DNA of 64,000 bases from a virus (lineage: Duplodnaviria > Caudoviricetes), in the IMG/VR virus record IMGVR_UViG_3300043409_003117, positions 947 through 64,946 of that record; one strand, written 5' to 3'. This document shows, one piece after another, positions 10,222 to 19,232 of this stretch. Position numbers and translations under genes: made by a program. The notes under the pieces were generated by a model. It had not been told where the DNA came from, searched no databases, and saw only the letters and a list, made by a program, of their open reading frames with translations. How positions within the stretch are numbered: position 1 is the stretch's first letter; every line of letters begins with the position of its first letter.

Positions 10222-11087
10222 ATTGTATGATTAAGTATATTTTTTGCCGATAAGTCTTTATCTGAAAATTCGCCTTTACTTCGGTTTGAAAATAATGGTG
10301 AATAGTAGTGGTCACAACCTTCAAAATAAAAGTGAGTGGCTTGAGCATATCTAGTAGAGTCAGGATTAGTGATCGGAGCTCCACCATGTAAAAGATTTGA
10401 AGCCCATATCAAAGTTTGCCCTTTCTTTCCTAACCAATTAACCTTTTCTTTTTTCATAGCTTTCATTAATTGAATTAAGAAGTTTTCGTACTCTTGATAA
10501 TTTTCAAATTGAGAACCGAATTTTGGTTTTTCCAAATTTATTGATTGAAAATCGTAAAAAGGTAATTTGTGACTGCCTGGTACTATATTAAGAGGACCAC
10601 AATCTTCAGTCATATCCTGTAAAGCGGTCCAGGTACCAACCATCCACCGTTCCGGCTGAGTGTAAAAATGAATAGCATCTTGATGTAACGGTTGATTACT
10701 ACCTTTTAAGAAGTTAATAGTTTGAAACGGTATAGGCTTTCTTCCATAAAGTAATTCCAGGGTAGATATAATTTTTGGGTGCCTTGCCAATTCTAAAATA
10801 AATGGATTGGTTTTCCAGCCTTCAAAAATTCTAGGCGAGTCTGAATAGTGATATCTAGGATCTTGCGTTTTAATATTCTCAAGTTCTTTATTGACTAACA
10901 TTAACAGATTATCAATATATTCATCAGTTAAGTCTAAGTCAACTACAGTATAACCGTTTTTGTTATAATATCGTAGGATTTCTTCTTCCTCTTTAGTGTA
11001 GTTGGAGTTCTCCATTATTGAATCAAAAAAAGGAGACTCAATCCATGGAATATCCATGGTATTTTTATCAATTAAATAGTTTTTCAT
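10218..11087 (-). CDS. PhyH-family Fe(II)/2-oxoglutarate dioxygenase
   Basis: LHQD (HxD), WTALQD...GPLNIVPGSH, LLHGG, TRY. Confidence 0.9.
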   Translation of the reverse strand: MKNYLIDKNTMDIPWIESPFFDSIMENSNYTKEEEEILRYYNKNGYTVVDLDLTDEYIDNLLMLVNKELENIKTQDPRYHYSDSPRIFEGWKTNPFILELARHPKIISTLELLYGRKPIPFQTINFLKGSNQPLHQDAIHFYTQPERWMVGTWTALQDMTEDCGPLNIVPGSHKLPFYDFQSINLEKPKFGSQFENYQEYENFLIQLMKAMKKEKVNWLGKKGQTLIWASNLLHGGAPITNPDSTRYAQATHFYFEGCDHYYSPLFSNRSKGEFSDKDLSAKNILNHTI

Positions 11088-11093
11088 TTGCTT

Positions 11094-11852
11094 TTATTTA
11101 TTTCCTACAGTATATATGAATTCTAATTCATCTACCGATTTTATTGAATATGGAAATTGACTACTATGATTAGTGTAGTTATCACATAAACAGTTAAAGT
11201 CAGGATGGTTTTTTAATACCTTCCCTTCTACGTTTAATCGACCTGTAAATTCTATTTCTAAATTTTCAAAATAGCCATAACTATTTATTGATTCTCTGTG
11301 CGCCGGTAATATATCATTTATGATTGAGTCTTTGGTATAAACATAAGACATCCATTGAGTTGAGGTTAATCCACAACCTCCGCCTGAATGCATTTTACTG
11401 GAACTACTATTAATCGTATAGTCAGAAATTGGAGCTAACGAAACAAAACTAACGGTATCTTTATTACTTTCAAAAAAGTCTACAAAAGACTTCATATATT
11501 GGTCCTTATGTATTAAAACATCATCTTCACAAAAGAACCAATGTGTGTAATCATTTTTGTATCGATAAAAAGAATCAAAATAACAGCCAAAAGAAGCTCC
11601 ATAATTATCTCTATTAAAGACGATTATCTTTCCATTTTTAGTTGGTAGGTTATTGTATTTAGCCAATGCACCATCTAGTTCAGGATTTCCACAATTATTA
11701 ACAGATATGATAACGTCAGTTGAATATCCATTGTCTATATTAATTTCATTTTCAATAACCAAATTAACAAATCCTAGTATATCTTTAGGATTGTTGTTGC
11801 TATCTCTTCTTTCTCCAAAATAACAAGCTATGACTTTTGCACATTTAATCAT
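11094..11852 (-). CDS. putative GT-A glycosyltransferase
   Basis: NYGASFG...YTHWFFCEDDVLI; lies within the GT cluster. Confidence 0.55.
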   Translation of the reverse strand: MIKCAKVIACYFGERRDSNNNPKDILGFVNLVIENEINIDNGYSTDVIISVNNCGNPELDGALAKYNNLPTKNGKIIVFNRDNYGASFGCYFDSFYRYKNDYTHWFFCEDDVLIHKDQYMKSFVDFFESNKDTVSFVSLAPISDYTINSSSSKMHSGGGCGLTSTQWMSYVYTKDSIINDILPAHRESINSYGYFENLEIEFTGRLNVEGKVLKNHPDFNCLCDNYTNHSSQFPYSIKSVDELEFIYTVGNK

Positions 11853-12418
11853 TTTGGAAATTTACAAAAATTTGGATCGTTAGCTAGATTAATAACGTTT
11901 TCTTTGTTTCTTGGTTTATGTAGAGCTAGAGGATTTCCTAAATACACATTCCAAGGTTCAAGAATATTTTTTGTATAGATAAAACTCTTAGCACCAACTG
12001 TGCAGCCTTCAGGAATTTTAACGCTTGGCATAACCATAACATCAGATGCAATACCTGAGTAATTTTCAAATGTTATATCGCCTCTGAATATTTTGTTTTT
12101 ACCCCAATACTCATTAACTGGTCCAAATTCTCCTGAATAATCTTCAGATGCACAAAATAATTTAGAACCATATCCAATAAATACCCAATCTCCTAATGTG
12201 ATTTTGTGGTTACTTCCACCACCTAATACTGCATGTGAACATATTTGAATATTGTCACCAGTTTCTAGTGCAGTTGTTATCAAGGTAAAAGGATCAATCC
12301 TTACATTATTACCTAAGTGTACGTTTTTAGGATTTGTGAATATAACATAGTGTCCGATAAACACATTTTCTCCACAAGAGCCCAATTCTTTTTTTATTTC
12401 TTCATTCCATCCTATCAT
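11849..12418 (-). CDS. hexapeptide-repeat (left-handed beta-helix) sugar acetyltransferase
   Basis: CGENVFIG/LGNNVRID/LGDWVFIG repeats; PWNVYLGNP. Confidence 0.88.
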   Translation of the reverse strand: MIGWNEEIKKELGSCGENVFIGHYVIFTNPKNVHLGNNVRIDPFTLITTALETGDNIQICSHAVLGGGSNHKITLGDWVFIGYGSKLFCASEDYSGEFGPVNEYWGKNKIFRGDITFENYSGIASDVMVMPSVKIPEGCTVGAKSFIYTKNILEPWNVYLGNPLALHKPRNKENVINLANDPNFCKFPK

Positions 12419-12421
12419 AAT

Positions 12422-13114
12422 TTATTTAGTTATTTTAAAAATTTCGTGAACATGTTCTCCCTGTGCGGTAAATGATATATGTTTATGTATTTTAAGATTA
12501 TTATTTTTACAATAGTCATTTAATTCTGATTCTTGTATATAACTTTTACCATAAAATCGTTCCCATATATGTGGTTCAGGACTTTCAGTTTTACTAAAGT
12601 CAGATGTAAAACAAGAAAAAATTATGTCACAGTTTGGGTTTTTATCAAAAACTTTAATTAATGTGTCTAATATCTGAGTAATATCACTAATAAGTAGATG
12701 AGTAAACACCGATATTAAAATAATTGAATCTATTTGTTTTGAAAGACAAAAATCTAAATCATCGTTAATTAATCCTAAAAAAACCCTTTCATCTTTAAAC
12801 AAATTTTTACCTAAAGCTATTCTTTCTTTTCCATGAGGTGTATTAGGTTCTAATCCATAGTAGTTAAAGTCGGATAATCTCTCACTTATAAAGTTACTTA
12901 AAATTCCGGCACCACACCCATAATCTAACACTGAAAAACCATTTGTAAATTTATCTTTAGCCGCATCTAAAAAACAACACATTCCAATTGACGCTAATGG
13001 TTCAATATTAGTACCACCATATGAAATTGCTGGTGGATTTGTTACAATCGGATTAGCGTTTTTAACTGACCAAAATAAATCCCATATTTCCATTACCATC
13101 CTTTTTTTATACAT
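12422..13114 (-). CDS. class I SAM-dependent methyltransferase
   Basis: VLDYGCGAG motif I; SVFTHL; the true start may be an internal ATG near the DegT stop. Confidence 0.85.
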   Translation of the reverse strand: MYKKRMVMEIWDLFWSVKNANPIVTNPPAISYGGTNIEPLASIGMCCFLDAAKDKFTNGFSVLDYGCGAGILSNFISERLSDFNYYGLEPNTPHGKERIALGKNLFKDERVFLGLINDDLDFCLSKQIDSIILISVFTHLLISDITQILDTLIKVFDKNPNCDIIFSCFTSDFSKTESPEPHIWERFYGKSYIQESELNDYCKNNNLKIHKHISFTAQGEHVHEIFKITK

Positions 13115-14259
13115 TCAACAATATATTGTCTCTCTTCTTCGGTTATCCACCAGCCAACTGGAATTGAAACAACTTTACCAATTGTTTTATCCAATGCAGG
13201 CAAACCGGTTTTAAATTCTCTTACGCATGAGTGCTTATCATTTCTTTCATGAACTTGAGAAACTACAATTCCACATTCTTGCATATGCTTCATAAATTTT
13301 TCACGATCATCAACTAAAAGGCTGTATATCCAAAATGCTGATTCATGACCTTCATGTCTTTTAAGTAGAGTTACTTTGCTAACGTCTTTTAAATTATCAT
13401 CGTAATATTTTGCATTACTTTGGTGTTTAGCAATAATTTCTTTTGCCGATTTAAGATTTTCAATACCTACAGTTGCACATACGTCATTCATATGGAATTT
13501 AAAACCCCATTCTTCAATATCAGATTCGCATCTAAAATCTTTTCGGTTTCCTTCTCTATCAATACCGTACCATCTAATTAATTTAGACCTATTGTAAAGT
13601 TCTCTATGAGGCAGAACTAAAACTCCACCGTCAATTGCGGTTATGTGTTTGATTGCCTGTAGCGAATACATAACAATATTATTATGATTTCCTAGATATT
13701 TACCTTTATACTTTGTTCCTAGTGAATGTGCGCCATCTTCAATTACAGCAGGTTTAAATCCATGTAAGTTTTTAGCCTTTTCTTGAATTTCTTTAATTCG
13801 ATCTAAGTCGCTAGGATATCCGCCCCAATGAACTAACACAATAGCTTTGGTTTTTGACGTAATTTTTCTTTCTAAATCATCCAAGTCCATATTTAAAGTA
13901 GTTGGATCTATATCAACCCATTTTATGTTTAAGTTGTTAGCTAGGATTGGGAAGTTTGAAGCCGTACAAGTTAAGGCTGTTGCTAAAACCTCGTCGCCTT
14001 CTTCAATACCTGGCCAATAATTTTCTGAATTTTGATTTCCTACCGGTTTCTTAAGTAGGTGTAAGGCTAAATGTAGTCCAGACGTACCAGAATTTAAAGT
14101 AACAACATAGTCTCTATCTAAAAAAGTTTTTAGATTAGATTCGAATTCATCTACTTTAGGACCTTGTCCTATGAATCCACTGTTTAAAACTTTTCCAACT
14201 TCTTCAGCAGCGGTTGGTGCCATAAACACTTTAAATAATGAAATTTGCTTTTTTTCCAT
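13093..14259 (-). CDS. DegT/DnrJ/EryC1/StrS PLP-dependent sugar aminotransferase
   Basis: NSGTSGLHLAL, VHWGG, IEDGAHSLG, SLQAIKHITAIDGG (PLP Lys). Confidence 0.95.
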   Translation of the reverse strand: MEKKQISLFKVFMAPTAAEEVGKVLNSGFIGQGPKVDEFESNLKTFLDRDYVVTLNSGTSGLHLALHLLKKPVGNQNSENYWPGIEEGDEVLATALTCTASNFPILANNLNIKWVDIDPTTLNMDLDDLERKITSKTKAIVLVHWGGYPSDLDRIKEIQEKAKNLHGFKPAVIEDGAHSLGTKYKGKYLGNHNNIVMYSLQAIKHITAIDGGVLVLPHRELYNRSKLIRWYGIDREGNRKDFRCESDIEEWGFKFHMNDVCATVGIENLKSAKEIIAKHQSNAKYYDDNLKDVSKVTLLKRHEGHESAFWIYSLLVDDREKFMKHMQECGIVVSQVHERNDKHSCVREFKTGLPALDKTIGKVVSIPVGWWITEEERQYIVECIKKGW

Positions 14260-14287
14260 AAATTTATTTTTTTTTAGTTATATGTTT

Positions 14288-14932
14288 TTATTTATTGTTA
14301 ATTATTTTAAATGCCTCTTCAGCTAAGTTTTTGGCATGAAATCCAAATGTATCGGTTGGAACATGAGTACTATCCATTGGTATTTCTACTGCAAATCTAG
14401 TGGCAAGTTCAACTGGGGCAATAGTCAAACCGGCATCTGCAATTTCAGTTTTATATACAACGGCAATAAGAACATCTTCATTTAACGTGCAGTTTAAGTT
14501 TTTTGTAAATTCTAATAATTTTTTACTACGTAAAGAGAATCCTCCATTTCCAACTTGCGAGCCAACAGTTGGCCAACCTATATACAGGGGCCATGGTGCA
14601 CCAATATAGTCATATTTTAAAAAGTCAGCTGACCATAACTCTGGATTAAGAATAAAGCCGTCATCTTGAAAAACTAAACAAAATTCAGTATCTACATAAC
14701 TATGTAATTTATTAATACAAAATTGTGAATATTCTTGAATTGTCAGCGGTTCAATCTGGATAAATTCAACTCCATCTACCATTGGATCCTCTAAACTTAT
14801 CATTTTTATTTTACCAAAAGTTACACAAGATAACATATACTTTAAAATAGTTTGATAATTGGCTTGCCTGGCCGGGTCAACAGGTCGCCCGTCTATACAA
14901 ATTGCAGTTACATTAGATAGGTCAAGTTTCAT
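14288..14932 (-). CDS. DUF5672-like (GT-associated) protein
   Basis: FQDDG...DFLKYDYIGAPW...VGNGGFSLRS...NED...FGFH. Confidence 0.8.
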   Translation of the reverse strand: MKLDLSNVTAICIDGRPVDPARQANYQTILKYMLSCVTFGKIKMISLEDPMVDGVEFIQIEPLTIQEYSQFCINKLHSYVDTEFCLVFQDDGFILNPELWSADFLKYDYIGAPWPLYIGWPTVGSQVGNGGFSLRSKKLLEFTKNLNCTLNEDVLIAVVYKTEIADAGLTIAPVELATRFAVEIPMDSTHVPTDTFGFHAKNLAEEAFKIINNK

Positions 14933-14935
14933 AAT

Positions 14936-15658
14936 TTAGTTATATAATTTTATGTAATCTAAAATTTCGTTAGGTATATTTCCAATTTGGTTATCTTTAC
15001 TGATACCAAAATTTTCTTCTAGCCTTTTTTTAAATATTTCCATTCCAGAATAAAATGTATTTTGATTTTTATTATCTATGTGATCTTTATCACGATGACC
15101 TTGTGTATAGTGTAAGTGATTAAAAATAATATTATGTGCGTGTATTAAGTATCCTTCTAAATGAGCAACGCACGTTAAATCAGTATCACAAAACATATGT
15201 TCATATTCTGGATAATATATCCAGGATTTTCTTTTTAAATATTCAGAAGAAAAAATTGGCATGGTGATTAGGTCAGTTCCAATACAGTCGCTAGTTTTAA
15301 TTATAAATACCGTATTACCTTCTCCAATACAGCTAATAATTTTTTTATCCCAGCCAGTAAAACAGTCAGTATCATCTGATATAATAAAAATTAAATCGCC
15401 GTCTATGTGCGGTTTACATCTATTTATAGCCTGAACGGTATTTGTATTGTCATTAATAATTAATTTTATTACTACATCAGTATATAAGGTAAGATCATTT
15501 AATACTTTTGTATACTGATCCTTTGTTGGATCAGTTTCATCAATTGATATTATAATAGAAAGATTTTTTGGATTACTAGATTCTTTTATAAATTTAGTAA
15601 GGACTTCTACTAGATTAGTAGGTCTTTCTCTAGAAGCAGCGACTAAATTTATTTTCAT
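14936..15658 (-). CDS. glycosyltransferase family 2-like
   Basis: ASRERP...IDETD...IFIISDD...MFCDTDL. Confidence 0.8.
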   Translation of the reverse strand: MKINLVAASRERPTNLVEVLTKFIKESSNPKNLSIIISIDETDPTKDQYTKVLNDLTLYTDVVIKLIINDNTNTVQAINRCKPHIDGDLIFIISDDTDCFTGWDKKIISCIGEGNTVFIIKTSDCIGTDLITMPIFSSEYLKRKSWIYYPEYEHMFCDTDLTCVAHLEGYLIHAHNIIFNHLHYTQGHRDKDHIDNKNQNTFYSGMEIFKKRLEENFGISKDNQIGNIPNEILDYIKLYN

Positions 15659-16494
15659 TTTTTTATCATATTATATATTATATCATCAGCTGAGTCTAAA
15701 GATTTAACTCTTTCTAAATTTTCAATAATATATGGCATCATTGATTCATAAAGGTCTGGAGTTAATGAGTCTACTCCTTTAAAATCTTCCCAAAAAATTA
15801 TTCCATTTGGATTAAAATCTTCACTAACCTTTTTGGTACCCCAATAAATTGGAATAGTCCCAGTTGCAAAACAGTCAGTTATTTTTTCAGTGTAATACTT
15901 ATCGTATACTGCATTTTCAAAAGTAACTGAAAAACGATAGTCTTTTAGGGCAGGTAATTTAGATCTCCACCAGTCTCCACTAGGGCCAATACCTTGACCT
16001 ATTCTTTGAGAACCATGTGCTCCACCAAATAGATCAATTTTATCTTTTAACTGGTCAGCAATTTCTAACCTAAATTGATGGCCTTTGGTTCTTGACTTTG
16101 GTGAACAAATCATTGAACAAGATTTTGTTTTTTGATAAATCTTCATTTCATCTAATTTTGTCCATGGTAAATTTGAACCCGGTGGAGCATATATGAAAAA
16201 TGGATCGGTTAATAAGGTTTCATCACATGTAAAAATTCCACTAAAATATTTTTTATAATGTTCAATATTTGATTTTATTTTTCGGTATTGATCATCACAA
16301 ATATCTCTAGATTCACATAGCCAGCCAAATTTAGTTGGAGTAGCTCTATCGAATAAGCCTTGATCAATTGCTCCATCTATATAAATTTTAATAGTTGAAG
16401 GCCCAGAGGTCCACTTAAATAATTTAGGTGATAAATTTGAACACGAAGAGTATTCCTGCGGAAATGGTAAGCCTATTCCTGTTATTTGTTCCAT
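15655..16494 (-). CDS. glycosyltransferase family 10 (fucosyltransferase-like)
   Basis: YRFSVTFEN...YYTEKITDCFATGTIPIYWG is the GT10 motif. Confidence 0.85.
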   Translation of the reverse strand: MEQITGIGLPFPQEYSSCSNLSPKLFKWTSGPSTIKIYIDGAIDQGLFDRATPTKFGWLCESRDICDDQYRKIKSNIEHYKKYFSGIFTCDETLLTDPFFIYAPPGSNLPWTKLDEMKIYQKTKSCSMICSPKSRTKGHQFRLEIADQLKDKIDLFGGAHGSQRIGQGIGPSGDWWRSKLPALKDYRFSVTFENAVYDKYYTEKITDCFATGTIPIYWGTKKVSEDFNPNGIIFWEDFKGVDSLTPDLYESMMPYIIENLERVKSLDSADDIIYNMIKK

Positions 16495-18206
16495 ATTTTA
16501 TCCCAGTTTTTTTCCCAATTATAATCTTCAGTTATTTCAATATCAGTAGAGTTAAGCTCTTTAGTTAAAAAATCATAAAAAAATATTTGATTACCGGATT
16601 CAACTATTAACTGTTTTAAATATTTTGATTTAGAGGCTTTTAATGATTCATCAAAACAAAATCTAATTCTACTGGTATTTGAAAAATTTAATAGACATGA
16701 ATATGCATTAATAAAAGCTGAGTCCTTTATCTCGGTAAACTTGATATTAAAAGTTTTAGTACCGGCACTGATATTCCAACGTTGATTATCGGTTAGTGAA
16801 TTTACTTTTCTAAAAACTTCACCTTTTTCTGGCATATTACTATTTCCATTATCAATATATCGACCATGAACAAAATCCATCCAATTATTGGATAATAATT
16901 TAACTGAAAATTCACTTTCTAATTTAGGAATAACATAGTGTTTAATTGCATCATGGTCTAATTCAACAATGCCTTTTGCTAGTGCACAGCTACTATGAAT
17001 TACCCATTCTCTAATTACCTTAAATGCCCCAATTGTGTAATTAAAAAATATAGGTGAAGCCTTTATTCCAGTCATATCTCCGCTATGGGTTGCCATGGCC
17101 AAGTCTTCACCTATATCATTAAATTCAGCAAATGGCTCCTTAAATGTAGTATCGCAGTCCATCCAAATTAATGACTTTTTATATTCAATTAACTTTTCTA
17201 AAATAAATTGAGGTTTCATTAAACAGTTTGAAGAATAGTCTCCAATTGGCTCTTTTTTTACAATATCGTGCTTTACTGAAAATTCAGCACACTGTCTTTT
17301 TAATTTTTCTGCAAAATTTAGATAATAGTTTCGGTTATTTGAGTCTGAATGAAAACTAACGATTAATGGGGTCATTTTTGCTAAGTTTGTTAACTTGCGT
17401 GATGATTTAATTAATGTAATTTCTTTAGTAATTGACGGGTCAGTGATTGATGGTTCATTGATTGATTGAATTGAATTAACAATAGATTTAGCAATTGATC
17501 CAGTTTTTTTAATAATTTTAGTTAATGAAGTAGATTTATTTTTATTAATATGAAGATCTCGTATTTGAAATAACTCTTTGAAATAAGGTTTTCCAACTGA
17601 ATCAAAAAGATCAATTGCAATAAGTTTATCAATATTAGGAGAGGCAGTAGTAACCGGTTCCCTAAATATAAAATAGTGACTAATTGACTTGTCTGAAAAG
17701 GACGGTGAATTTGCAATAAAATATGAAAACATTCCAATAATTGACTGTACTCCAAAATCGGCAATCGAAAATGCAGCAGTTGCGGCATTCGCAACAGTAC
17801 TATTTAAATTAACAGTAAATAGGCTAGATGAAATTGTTCCTGTATGGTTTTTATAAAAGGTATTTGCCGTATTGCTAATTGGAACTCTATTAACAATAAA
17901 AATATTTGGGTCAATTACTGTTAATCTATCAGCACCAGTATAAGAAAAGGCTGAAATAATTGATGGATTAATTATAAATTTACCAGTTGATCGTTTTTTT
18001 GCAAGTTTAGAGTTATAATCTGGATATAATTTAACTATATTAACTGATTGAGATAGGGCGGTTAATATTTTAGATGGAATTTCTGATTCTGAGCAAATTA
18101 CTAAATGGTCAGGTTCTTCATCTAAATTATAAATAAGTGATTCTATATTTTTAACAAAAATATCAACTACATTTTCTGAATAATAGGTAAAAATTGCAAA
18201 TTTCAA
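16482..18206 (-). CDS. multidomain nucleotide-diphospho-sugar transferase-like protein
   Basis: C-terminal half CLMKPQFILEKL...LIWMDCD (DxD); N-terminal half looks like a degenerate GT-A domain; TTG start. Confidence 0.65.
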   Translation of the reverse strand: MKFAIFTYYSENVVDIFVKNIESLIYNLDEEPDHLVICSESEIPSKILTALSQSVNIVKLYPDYNSKLAKKRSTGKFIINPSIISAFSYTGADRLTVIDPNIFIVNRVPISNTANTFYKNHTGTISSSLFTVNLNSTVANAATAAFSIADFGVQSIIGMFSYFIANSPSFSDKSISHYFIFREPVTTASPNIDKLIAIDLFDSVGKPYFKELFQIRDLHINKNKSTSLTKIIKKTGSIAKSIVNSIQSINEPSITDPSITKEITLIKSSRKLTNLAKMTPLIVSFHSDSNNRNYYLNFAEKLKRQCAEFSVKHDIVKKEPIGDYSSNCLMKPQFILEKLIEYKKSLIWMDCDTTFKEPFAEFNDIGEDLAMATHSGDMTGIKASPIFFNYTIGAFKVIREWVIHSSCALAKGIVELDHDAIKHYVIPKLESEFSVKLLSNNWMDFVHGRYIDNGNSNMPEKGEVFRKVNSLTDNQRWNISAGTKTFNIKFTEIKDSAFINAYSCLLNFSNTSRIRFCFDESLKASKSKYLKQLIVESGNQIFFYDFLTKELNSTDIEITEDYNWEKNWDKIWNK

Positions 18207-18288
18207 ATCTAATATTATTTTTTTGATTAAATAAACTTAATTTATATACTTAGTAATATACTTTAAAAATAATATTAGATTTACGGTT

Positions 18289-19170
18289 TTGAAAAATTAT
18301 TATGATATATTAGAAGTATCTAAATCAGCTGATCAGGATACAATTAAACAGGCTTATCGAACTCTATCAAAAAAGTTTCATCCAGATAAAAATCCAGATG
18401 GAGAGGCTAAATTTAAGGAGGTATCTGAAGCATATGATACACTAGGTGATGTTACAAAAAGAGCAACTTATGATAATCCACCGCGACAAAGCTATTCAAA
18501 TTTTTCAGGTTTTAATACAACCTTTACTGATTTCTCTTTTGCTCATACTAATTTAGCAAATCTTAATATACAAATAGATCGTAATTTTAAAATTGCTGAA
18601 TTAATGGCAGGAGTTGAGTTTACGGTTAATTATAAAATTTCAAAATCTAATTCCGCAGGGTCAACTGTTGAAGATAAGTCAATTAGAATAAAATTAAATT
18701 TATCAAATCAAGCCTATCCATTTACTCAGGTTGGTGCAGATAATGCAATTATTCTTAAAGTTAGAGGTGGAGGTTCTAGTCAAGTAACAAATAGTTCTGA
18801 TTTTTTCGGAAGACCGATACAGTCTCATGTTAATGGAGACCTAATTATTAGAGTAATAATAGATCTACAGGGTTTATCAATAGATGAAAGCGACTTGGTA
18901 CAACCGGTTGAAATTAGTTTATATGAATCACTATTTAATGATGAACTTGTATTGGAAAATCCATTAGGTAAAAAATACAGAATAAAATCATTTAATTCAA
19001 ATAATTTATCAGATTTAAAGGTTACAATACCCGGCCATGGATTATTTGCACCAAGCGGAGCTACTGGGTCATACGTATTTGATATTAAAATAAAAAAAAT
19101 AGACCTTTCTAAACTTAGCGAATCAGCTTTAGCCAATTTTAAAGAATTACTTAGTGAGTTTGATAAATAA
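18289..19170 (+). CDS. dnaJ: DnaJ-family co-chaperone (J domain, no Zn finger)
   Basis: NYYDILEV...KKFHPDKN...FKEVSEAY; DnaJ-C-like 'GDLIIRV'. Confidence 0.9.
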   Translation: MKNYYDILEVSKSADQDTIKQAYRTLSKKFHPDKNPDGEAKFKEVSEAYDTLGDVTKRATYDNPPRQSYSNFSGFNTTFTDFSFAHTNLANLNIQIDRNFKIAELMAGVEFTVNYKISKSNSAGSTVEDKSIRIKLNLSNQAYPFTQVGADNAIILKVRGGGSSQVTNSSDFFGRPIQSHVNGDLIIRVIIDLQGLSIDESDLVQPVEISLYESLFNDELVLENPLGKKYRIKSFNSNNLSDLKVTIPGHGLFAPSGATGSYVFDIKIKKIDLSKLSESALANFKELLSEFDK

Positions 19171-19205
19171 TGTTAGTATAGTTTATCTTTTTTAAGATAG
19201 TGCTA

Positions 19206-19213
19206 TATAAATA
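19206..19213 (+). promoter_or_regulatory. T4-type late promoter TATAAATA
   Basis: Exact T4 late consensus 19 nt before the protease gene. Confidence 0.7.
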
Positions 19214-19232
19214 ATTAAAAAGTCTCACTAAA

